Assembly: GCA_964531495.1 (NCBI GenBank)
Contig: CAZHDS010000001.1
Coordinates: 24,823-65,013 of the forward strand
Direction: 5' to 3'
DNA length: 40,191 nucleotides
Origin: an uncultured Ignavibacteriales bacterium
GTDB taxonomy: Bacteria > Zixibacteria > MSB-5A5 > GN15 > FEB-12
The notes beneath the pieces were generated by a model, which saw only the letters and a list, made by a program, of their open reading frames with translations, searched no databases and was not told the DNA's origin. This document shows positions 17,094 to 24,192 of this stretch, piece by piece. The position numbers and the translations under genes were made by a program. Each line of letters begins with the position of its first letter. Position 1 is the first letter of the stretch.

Positions 17094-20000
17094 ATGCGTA
17101 GAGCATCACAGTTGTTTACAGTGGTAGTTCTTAGCTTGGGCCTTTTGGCGGCGTTGAGCTACGCCGACTGGTCTGAGTCCGACGGCCACAAAATGCACTA
17201 TCCTCAGTTACCCGATGAGACCGGGTGGGCGGTCAATGCCACCCAGCCGCTGATTCTGGCCGATGATTTCATGTGCACTGAAACGGGATGGATTAAGGAT
17301 GTCCATTTCTGGGGAGCTTGGAGAAATGGAATCGAGGGCACGGTAACGGCCTTCATACTCAGTTTCCATACCGATATCCCTGCTGATCAGAACCCGGACG
17401 GTTACAGCAAACCGGGTTCGACGTTGGTTGAAATCCCGGTTGAATACTTCATCACGACGCCGCCAATCGATCCGCCGACCAGGGAGGGTTGGTACGATCC
17501 CCTCACCGGTGAGATCATCGAAGAAGACCACACGGCCTACTTTCAGTACAACGTCTTCCTGCCTGAGGCCGACTGGTTCCATCAGGACTCCGGGACCATC
17601 TATTGGCTGAATATATCAGCAATTGTCGCTGATCCGGTAGGCACCCAGTGGGGCTGGAAGTCCACTCAAAATCATTGGAATGACGATGCCGTCTGGGCTC
17701 AATGGGGGAACCTGAATTGGGTAGAGATGTATGAACCGGAAGTAATCGATACTCTCGTAAATGACTTCAACATCTTCATCGATCCCCTTGGCATTTATCT
17801 GGGTGGCGGCGGAGGCGGGGCATACGGTGCAGGATGGTACTTCTATCCTGACCAAGATTGGTGGACCATATGGTACTACGACCACCCGTTGGATTTCGAA
17901 CGGTGGAAAGAAATCTATCTGGAGTATGAGATCGTTCCGATGGATCCTGGATCACCGAGCTTTGTTGAGATTGCCATCAACTGGTCGCTCGATACTTGGG
18001 CAGATCCCACGGCTCCGCCGTTACCCGGGGCAGACCAGCACATTGGTTACCAGATTGTATACTCTGGACCGGCTGGTCCGGGGCAGTTCAGTTTCCCCTG
18101 GGAGATCCTGGAATACAATCCAGAGTGGGTGTCGGTCGATGTGCGTGGGTATAACTTTGAGATCCCCGGTGGTCTAATAACCCACATCTGCACACCACGG
18201 GATCCAGTGTCGATGGATCTGGCCTTCGTGATAACTGGTGACGGCGGCGAGGTCGATACGTGTGATTACTACAAGTCGCCCTATCTGGACTACGTGCCCC
18301 AGGGTATGCCTGACTTCGATATGAAGCAATTGGCAGCCTGGACCGATGGCAATGGCAAGTGGTCCCATGACGGTCCAGCAGCGTTGGCCAATTGCCTGTG
18401 GTGGTTCGACTCCAAGTTTGAACCCGCCCCGGTTGATCCCCGTCCGTTCTGGCCGTCATCTGGCAATAGCGACAACTACCCGCTGCTATCGACCTACGAT
18501 CCGACTGGCGGCTGGGATGATCACGATGTTTTGAACGTGTCGCCGTTTATCGATGACCTGGCCAACAACTACCTGAACACGAATGTCGGAGGTAGCAGCG
18601 GGACGAGATCTATGGACATGGTCAATGGTCTCCGGGCGTACATCAGCTCTCACGGGATGGACCCTGATTACCGTGATAGTATCTACGCGGCGCCGACCTA
18701 TGAGTTTATCAAAGACCAAGTCATGGACAGCCAGGACGTGATTCTCAAGTTCGGTTTCTATGAGGATTACGGTACGCACAGCCTTTATATCGGCAGCCAC
18801 TGGGTGACAACGGCTGGTGTATGCACACATGATCGCATCATCTGTATCAGCGATCCGTATCTCGACGCACTTGAGGGTGAACCGCCGGCAGGAAGCGCTC
18901 ATGGCGGTATGGTGCACAATGATGCCAACAACATAAGCGGCCCGCACGGTCAGATTCAGCATGATCCGTACAGCTGTACTTACATGACGCCGACCGGTTG
19001 GGTTGCTCCAGTTGAGGTTGTCAACTATCCGACCAACGCGGCTATTCTGAGCCAGTTCGCGGGCATGAACGCTGAGCACGACTGGTGGATATGGCAGGGC
19101 AACCCTGTCTATACCGTTATTGAGATGGCCTATGTGATTTGCCCTGATAGTGAAGTCGTGATTGATTCTTGTGACTACTACAAGTCGCCGTATCCGGATT
19201 ATGCCCCCAATGGTATGCCTGACTTCGACCAGAAGCAGGATAACTGGAGTGCGGTGGCCGGTTCCCCAGGTCCGCCCTGGACACATTGTGGTCCGGCTGC
19301 TCTGGCTAATTGCCTGTGGTGGTTTGACTCCAAGTTTGAGCCAAACCCAGTTGATCCGCGTCCGTTTGGAGCTGGAATTGTTAACGACAACTACCCATTG
19401 GTGCAGACGTATCCCGTTGCCGGTATGTGGGACGACCACGATACGGCCAATGTTATGCCGTTCGTTGACTCGCTGGCTCTCTATTGTAATACCAATGGCA
19501 ACATGCCCACCTACACTGGCACCGATGTCAACGATATGGTAAATGGTCTGATCAACTGGCTCGCCAAGGTCGGTTTGGGGGCCAACTTCATCATCAACCT
19601 GTATCCCGTCGATGACTCGCCGGCTGGCTTCGAATTACTCCGTACGGAAGTCATGGAAAGCCAGGATGTGATCTTGCTCCTTGGCTTCTACCACGACGTC
19701 GGCGGCGAGTTCTGCGAGCGTATCGGCGGGCACTATGTGACCTGTGCTGGCGTATGTACGAATCCTGAAGATTCGGCCTTCTGCATCTCGGATCCGTACT
19801 ACGATCGCCACGAGGGCGAACCACCAGCCGGCTCGGCCCATACATCCAGCATTCACAACGACGCCTGGTTCATCTCAGGTCCCCACGGGACCATCTATCA
19901 TGACAAGTACTGGGTGACGCCGCTGTCAGGCTGCACTTTCTTAACCCCGCCGTTCTTCACCATTGAGCTGCCGGGATATCCCGCCAGCCTGGGTGACCTG

Positions 20001-21101
20001 GCCAATTTCTACCAGCAGAACAGTTGGGGTGGAGGAGGCTCGATTCCGCCGCAGCCCGGCATGGCCGTGCATACGATCGTCGAGTACGCGCTGGTCATAT
20101 GCCCTGATCAGGATGGTGATGGCTGGGATGATCCGAGTGACAACTGCCCGCTACATTACAACCCGGCCCAGGAAGATGCCGATGCGGACGGTGTTGGCGA
20201 TAGCTGCGACAATTGCATCAACACCCCCAACCCGAGCCAAGCCGATGGTGACGGCGACGGTGTCGGGGATGTCTGCGATAACTGTCCTACTATTGGCAAC
20301 TCGTCTCAGACCAACAGCGATGCCGACTCGCACGGCGATGCCTGTGACAACTGCCCGACCGCTGACAATGAGACGCAGACTAACAGCGACGCCGATACTC
20401 ATGGCGATCTCTGCGACAACTGTCCTACTACCGACAACGAGGATCAGGCTGACGTTGATGCCGATACGTTCGGTGATCTCTGCGACAATTGCCCGATTCA
20501 CATCAATCCTGGTCAGGCCAATGCCGACGCTGATTCGTTGGGTGACGTTTGTGACAACTGTCCGAGTGTTGACAATGACGATCAGGCCAACGCCGATGCT
20601 GACTCACTGGGTAACGTTTGTGACAACTGTCCGAGTGTTGACAATGACGATCAGGCCAATGCCGATGCTGACTCGTTGGGTAACGCTTGTGACAACTGTC
20701 CCGACGACGACAACAACGATCAGTCGGATGTTGACTCCGATACGGTAGGCGACGTCTGCGATAACTGTCCCAATGACTACAATCCACTGCAGGAGGATTC
20801 GGACAGCGACGGTACCGGCGACTCATGCGAGGTCGCGACCTGCTGCGTCTACCGCGGTGATGTTGATCACAGCGGCCATGTGGATCCTGATATCGCGGAT
20901 CTGATTTACATGGTTAGCTACATGTTCCAGAATGGTCCCAATCCACCGTGCGACGAGCCGTTCTCGCCAGGATGTCCAGTGAACTACTTTGCTGAAACGG
21001 ATGTCAATGGCGACTACACCTGTTATCCGGACATCGCGGATCTGATCTACCTGGTAACCTTCATGTTCCAGAACGGTCCCGCTCTGGTGCCATGTCCGTG
21101 A
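17094..21101 (+). CDS. Giant secreted multidomain protein: N-terminal domain of unknown function, two papain-fold C39-like modules, about 12 thrombospondin type-3 Ca-binding repeats, and a twin dockerin-like C-terminal module
   Basis: A GGGAGGAG Shine-Dalgarno site precedes the ATG. The signal peptide is MRRASQLFTVVVLSLGLLAALSYA. The modules starting CDYYKSPY(L/P)DY...GMPDFD...GPAALANCLWWFDSKFEP.PVDPRPF occur twice, at aa 390 and aa 693. The DxDxDGxGDxCDNCP repeats span aa 1005-1245. The tail contains CCVYRGDVDHSG...DIADLIYMVSYMFQNGP and ...DVNGD...DIADLIYLVTFMFQNGP. Confidence 0.9.
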   Translation: MRRASQLFTVVVLSLGLLAALSYADWSESDGHKMHYPQLPDETGWAVNATQPLILADDFMCTETGWIKDVHFWGAWRNGIEGTVTAFILSFHTDIPADQNPDGYSKPGSTLVEIPVEYFITTPPIDPPTREGWYDPLTGEIIEEDHTAYFQYNVFLPEADWFHQDSGTIYWLNISAIVADPVGTQWGWKSTQNHWNDDAVWAQWGNLNWVEMYEPEVIDTLVNDFNIFIDPLGIYLGGGGGGAYGAGWYFYPDQDWWTIWYYDHPLDFERWKEIYLEYEIVPMDPGSPSFVEIAINWSLDTWADPTAPPLPGADQHIGYQIVYSGPAGPGQFSFPWEILEYNPEWVSVDVRGYNFEIPGGLITHICTPRDPVSMDLAFVITGDGGEVDTCDYYKSPYLDYVPQGMPDFDMKQLAAWTDGNGKWSHDGPAALANCLWWFDSKFEPAPVDPRPFWPSSGNSDNYPLLSTYDPTGGWDDHDVLNVSPFIDDLANNYLNTNVGGSSGTRSMDMVNGLRAYISSHGMDPDYRDSIYAAPTYEFIKDQVMDSQDVILKFGFYEDYGTHSLYIGSHWVTTAGVCTHDRIICISDPYLDALEGEPPAGSAHGGMVHNDANNISGPHGQIQHDPYSCTYMTPTGWVAPVEVVNYPTNAAILSQFAGMNAEHDWWIWQGNPVYTVIEMAYVICPDSEVVIDSCDYYKSPYPDYAPNGMPDFDQKQDNWSAVAGSPGPPWTHCGPAALANCLWWFDSKFEPNPVDPRPFGAGIVNDNYPLVQTYPVAGMWDDHDTANVMPFVDSLALYCNTNGNMPTYTGTDVNDMVNGLINWLAKVGLGANFIINLYPVDDSPAGFELLRTEVMESQDVILLLGFYHDVGGEFCERIGGHYVTCAGVCTNPEDSAFCISDPYYDRHEGEPPAGSAHTSSIHNDAWFISGPHGTIYHDKYWVTPLSGCTFLTPPFFTIELPGYPASLGDLANFYQQNSWGGGGSIPPQPGMAVHTIVEYALVICPDQDGDGWDDPSDNCPLHYNPAQEDADADGVGDSCDNCINTPNPSQADGDGDGVGDVCDNCPTIGNSSQTNSDADSHGDACDNCPTADNETQTNSDADTHGDLCDNCPTTDNEDQADVDADTFGDLCDNCPIHINPGQANADADSLGDVCDNCPSVDNDDQANADADSLGNVCDNCPSVDNDDQANADADSLGNACDNCPDDDNNDQSDVDSDTVGDVCDNCPNDYNPLQEDSDSDGTGDSCEVATCCVYRGDVDHSGHVDPDIADLIYMVSYMFQNGPNPPCDEPFSPGCPVNYFAETDVNGDYTCYPDIADLIYLVTFMFQNGPALVPCP
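18261..20105 (+). repeat. Intragenic duplication: two paralogous modules of about 0.9 kb each (18261-19166 and 19170-20105)
   Basis: Long blocks are nearly identical at the nucleotide level. For example, tactacaagtcgcc.tatc.gga... and gc.aattgcctgtggtggtt.gactccaagtttga both recur with a period of about 909 nt. Confidence 0.85.
20517..20723 (+). repeat. Three tandem 69-bp (23-codon) thrombospondin-type-3 units, the first two nearly identical
   Basis: The units are 20517-20585, 20586-20654 and 20655-20723. The first two differ at 6 of 69 positions, five of them synonymous and one Asp/Asn (gac/aac), and share an identical 44-nt core, gtttgtgacaactgtccgagtgttgacaatgacgatcaggccaa. Confidence 0.9.
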
Positions 21102-21128
21102 CGAGCCCTTACTTAACTTGAACTCTGA

Positions 21129-21171
21129 AGACCGGTCATCCCCTAATGGGGGTGGCCGGTTCTTTGGTTTT
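21129..21171 (+). terminator. Rho-independent terminator of the 1335-aa gene
   Basis: ACCGGTCATCCCC-TAAT-GGGGGTGGCCGGT forms a stem of about 13 bp including G.U pairs. It is followed by TCTTTGGTTTT and starts about 30 nt after the stop. Confidence 0.7.
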
Positions 21172-21313
21172 GTCGACACATCCATGCTGAGAGGCTGTCC
21201 TTCTCTTCGGTTGCGAGGTCGGTGACTGTTCTTGTGGTCGATTGCGTTGCGTAAGTGTTTGTTACTCGCGGTGTTAGTGAGGTGTTTCCAACGGAAGATT
21301 GTTGAAGTATTCT

Positions 21314-21341
21314 CTTGCAAAAGACCGTTGGATAACTATAT
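21314..21341 (+). promoter_or_regulatory. sigma70-type promoter of the ferredoxin gene
   Basis: TTGCAA (21314-21319), a 16-nt spacer, then TATATT (21336-21341). Confidence 0.4.
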
Positions 21342-21388
21342 TCGCGTGCAAAACAGCACTTGAACCTGATCTTCTGGAGACTATTGCC

Positions 21389-21577
21389 ATGGCTATGACG
21401 ATCACCGATGAATGCACGGCCTGCGGACTTTGCATTCCTGAATGCCCTACCGACTCTATCGAAGAGGGCGACATTTACATTATCAGCCCGGACACTTGCA
21501 ACGAGTGTGAGGATGTTGATGGTGGATCTCAGTGCGTTGAAGTGTGCCCTGTTGATTGTATAGAGAAGGCTGAATAA
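21389..21577 (+). CDS. Small 2x[4Fe-4S] ferredoxin (YfhL-like)
   Basis: I moved the start to ATG 21389, which has GGAGA 8 nt upstream. The track uses TTG 21299. The product is MAMTITDECTACGLCIPECPTDSI...CNECED...CVEVCPVDCI, with two Cys clusters ending in CP. Confidence 0.85.
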   Translation: MAMTITDECTACGLCIPECPTDSIEEGDIYIISPDTCNECEDVDGGSQCVEVCPVDCIEKAE

Positions 21578-21602
21578 GAGATAGCCTTCGGTCGATGATT
21601 TG

Positions 21603-21629
21603 AAGCCACTCATCTTGAGTGGCTTTTTT
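21603..21629 (+). terminator. Rho-independent terminator of the ferredoxin gene
   Basis: AAGCCACTCA-TCT-TGAGTGGCTT followed by TTTTA. Confidence 0.8.
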
Positions 21630-21719
21630 ATTGCCTGGGGGATTTGGCCGAGTGGCCCTTACGTGATTGATGAACGGTCCGACTCGATCGAACCCAACCT
21701 TCGCCGAATGACGGTTATC

Positions 21720-22421
21720 TCAGTATTGAACGATCTTGACCGGCACGGTCAGAATAGCGGGTCTCGCGCCGCCCTTGACGCTAACTTCCAGGGAGAAATT
21801 GGAATGATATGTGCCCTTCATCAGATTCGGGCGAGGAGTAACTTCGATTTCGACATCCTCTCCTCGGGAGGCCTGGTCTTCCAATATCGTGACATTGAAG
21901 AGCGTATCGACTTGCTGCCGAAAGGCGACCGTGATAGACTTGTGATCCTCGTTGCGGACTGTCACCCGGTGCGGCTTGTGAGGGGGGAGGAAGAAGAGGG
22001 AGATTGGGTCAGGCTTGAGACCATAGTGCCACTGGCCAACGATGGCTCGCTGCCAGAATACAAGCACTGGTGTCCGGGGCTCATTGAAGTATATGCTGAA
22101 CGGCCGCCCGGTTGGGCCATAATAATCCTTGGTACTGAAAGTCGACTTGATGCGGATCGTATCGCCAGGAGTCAGAGTCGAATCGTCGGTCCAGATGTGA
22201 GTGCAATCACAATCCGGAATTAGTTCTGATATGGTCAGCGTATCAGGTCGATGGCTGATAATCAGATAATCGCAGGCCAATCGATAATCTATACCCACAT
22301 GACCGAAATCATGATCCCTAGGGATCAACTCGATACCGTCGATAGTCTCGACATCCAAGGCCTGAGCCGTTAGCGGCAGACTACTCAATAGTATCAGGCA
22401 AACCAGAAGAGTTCTGTTCAT
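21720..22421 (-). CDS. Secreted DUF1573-like protein
   Basis: The signal peptide is MNRTLLVCLILLSSLPLTAQA. The DUF1573-like core is HDFGHVG...LTISELIPDCDCTH. The ATG overlaps the upstream gene's stop as ATGA (22421-22418), which indicates translational coupling. Confidence 0.75.
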   Translation of the reverse strand: MNRTLLVCLILLSSLPLTAQALDVETIDGIELIPRDHDFGHVGIDYRLACDYLIISHRPDTLTISELIPDCDCTHIWTDDSTLTPGDTIRIKSTFSTKDYYGPTGRPFSIYFNEPRTPVLVFWQRAIVGQWHYGLKPDPISLFFLPPHKPHRVTVRNEDHKSITVAFRQQVDTLFNVTILEDQASRGEDVEIEVTPRPNLMKGTYHSNFSLEVSVKGGARPAILTVPVKIVQY

Positions 22422-23404
22422 ACCTCAACCTTCTCATTCATCAGGAAGCCGTTTCTTCGCATCCACTCGTCGTTGTACAGTTTGCTCATATATTTCGCAC
22501 CAGAGTCGGCAAAAATACCAACTACGACGGCCTCCGGACCCAATTGGGCCGCGACCTTCTCCATAGCTACGGCAACTGCTCCCGAAGATCCCCCGGCTGA
22601 TATCCCTTCCTGGCGGCAAATCAAGCGGGCCCGAAGGAATGAGTCGCGATCACTAACGGTGAATAACTCATCAACGAGATCAGTGTGGAGGGCCTGAGTA
22701 AGCACGTCGGAGCCGATTCCTTCAACCTTGTAGGGCGTGCCTGAGCCTTCCTTGTGATCCCGCAGGTAGTCGGAAAACATGGAGCCCTCGGGGTCCACGG
22801 CGATAGCTCTGATGTCGGGATTTTGGTCCTTCAGATACCGCGCCGCCCCCGAAAACGTCCCACCCGTTCCGATACCGCATACAAAGTGTGTGACACGGCC
22901 GTCAGTATCGTCCCAGATTTCAGGTCCCGTTGTGTGATAGTGGGCTTCAACGTTGTCTTGGCTATCGTACTGGTCCAGGTCAAAGTAGCCGTTTTCCCTG
23001 GCCAGTCTCCTGGCTATTGAATAGAAACTGTCGGGGTGGTCGTGAAACAGCTCTTTGGTGACAGTCACTTGGGCTCCGAAAGAGCGCATCATGTCGATCT
23101 TCTCGGGACTGGTCTTCTCGGGGGTGGTGACGATCGCGTTCAGACCCAGAGCTTGAGCCACCAGGGCCATGGAAGCGCCAGTGTTGCCAGAAGTGTTGTC
23201 GATAACAGTGCCGCCGGGACGGATCCGGCCCTCTTTTAGGGCCTTGCGAACAATATACAGCGCCATGCGATCCTTGATGGAACCGGATGGGTTGAAGAAC
23301 TCCAGTTTTGCATAAACCTGGGGGCCATCGACCGGAATTCCCGTTCTCAATCTCAAGAGGGGGGTGTGGCCGACGAGGTCCAGGATACTCTCGTTTACTC
23401 TCAT
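22418..23404 (-). CDS. PLP-dependent cysteine synthase / cystathionine beta-synthase family enzyme
   Basis: A 328-aa ORF. It has the PLP-lysine motif FNPSGSIKDR, the NTSGNTG loop, and the GIGTGGT phosphate-binding loop. Confidence 0.88.
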   Translation of the reverse strand: MRVNESILDLVGHTPLLRLRTGIPVDGPQVYAKLEFFNPSGSIKDRMALYIVRKALKEGRIRPGGTVIDNTSGNTGASMALVAQALGLNAIVTTPEKTSPEKIDMMRSFGAQVTVTKELFHDHPDSFYSIARRLARENGYFDLDQYDSQDNVEAHYHTTGPEIWDDTDGRVTHFVCGIGTGGTFSGAARYLKDQNPDIRAIAVDPEGSMFSDYLRDHKEGSGTPYKVEGIGSDVLTQALHTDLVDELFTVSDRDSFLRARLICRQEGISAGGSSGAVAVAMEKVAAQLGPEAVVVGIFADSGAKYMSKLYNDEWMRRNGFLMNEKVEV

Positions 23405-23607
23405 TGCAGGACCTTATAGCGTTACTAATGAACTCGTAGTTTATACAAACAACGGCGCTTAATCAACACCATTTTTCTGCGCCCGGTTTTATGTTGACTC
23501 CTTCCTGTTGGACCGGCTTATAGGTACTAAAATAGGGAAAGACTCTGTCTCAACTGGCAGGTTCTGGCAAGCGACAGCGGCCGGGTGGTCGATTTGCGGA
23601 GGTACAG

Positions 23608-24099
23608 GTGATTAGGAAGCATGTTGTAACGGTGGCGATATTGGGACTGACTTTGGTGCTAGCCCTCGGTTGTGCCGAGAAGCAGGATGAAGTGGCCAAG
23701 CTGGAACAAGAGATGTTGGATCAGGAGCAACCAACGGTTGATAGCCTTGGTGCGGCCGTTGATGCCAATCCGGACGCGACTGAGGCTGTGACCGCCGTGC
23801 CTGATGCATCTGCGGTTCCCCAGGAAGATACTGAGTTCGAGCAGGCACCGCCCGTGGGGGCCGGCTACACAGTACAGGTTGGCGCCTGCAAGAACCTCGA
23901 GTACTCGAGAATTCTTGTTGATACTTACACGGCGCGTGGCTACACGCCGTTCCTGACCAGTGCTGTTATCGATGGTGAGACCTTCTACCGGGTGCGAATA
24001 GGCAGCACTGAGGGCTATTCCGAGGCTAAGTCTCTGAAAGATGAATTGATTGACAGGTACTCAGTGGCCGAAATTTGGATCGACGAGACCCGCGAATAA
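23608..24099 (+). CDS. SPOR-domain lipoprotein
   Basis: GTG start with GGAGG 7 nt upstream. The lipobox is LVLALGC. The C-terminal SPOR domain reads GYTVQVGACKNLEYSRILVDTYTARGYTPFLTSAVIDGETFYRVRIGSTEGYSEAKSLKDEL. Confidence 0.85.
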   Translation: MIRKHVVTVAILGLTLVLALGCAEKQDEVAKLEQEMLDQEQPTVDSLGAAVDANPDATEAVTAVPDASAVPQEDTEFEQAPPVGAGYTVQVGACKNLEYSRILVDTYTARGYTPFLTSAVIDGETFYRVRIGSTEGYSEAKSLKDELIDRYSVAEIWIDETRE

Positions 24100-24123
24100 G
24101 GTTAATCAAAGCAGATTTGCGAA

Positions 24124-24158
24124 GAACCCTGCCGTCTTCAGAGGGGACGGCAGGGTTC
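24124..24158 (+). terminator. Hairpin terminator between convergent genes
   Basis: GAACCCTGCCGTC-N9-GACGGCAGGGTTC forms a 13-bp perfect stem followed by TTTGG. It lies between the SPOR gene's stop (24099) and the stop of the minus-strand gene (24193). Confidence 0.6.
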
Positions 24159-24192
24159 TTTGGTCTTCAAATCAATCTTATCAGTCGAGCCA

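Noticed and set aside
16717-17095. Minus-strand ORFs in the serpin/giant-gene intergenic region. One example is 16751..17095, 114 aa, with a C-x9-C-x2-C motif (MIRCDDHPARQCDGC...).
   Set aside because: There is no SD and no second Cys pair to complete a zinc ribbon. The ORF runs antisense to a region that carries a good plus-strand promoter. Nothing else supports it.
18486-20826. Large ORFs on the other strand or in other frames within the 1335-aa gene (18486..19439, 317 aa; 19963..20748, 261 aa; 20151..20501; 20503..20826). I also considered whether the regular 69-bp periodicity could be a CRISPR-like array.
   Set aside because: The periodic units are in frame with the long ORF, encode textbook DxDxDGxxDxCDNCP calcium-binding repeats, and have no unique spacers. 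The alternative ORFs are composition artefacts of the repeat (Thr/Arg/Met/Pro-rich).
21600-22223. A 207-aa plus-strand ORF overlapping the DUF1573 gene.
   Set aside because: It starts inside the ferredoxin terminator hairpin and has no SD. The opposite-strand ORF, by contrast, has a signal peptide, a DUF1573-like motif and an ATGA coupling to the upstream gene.
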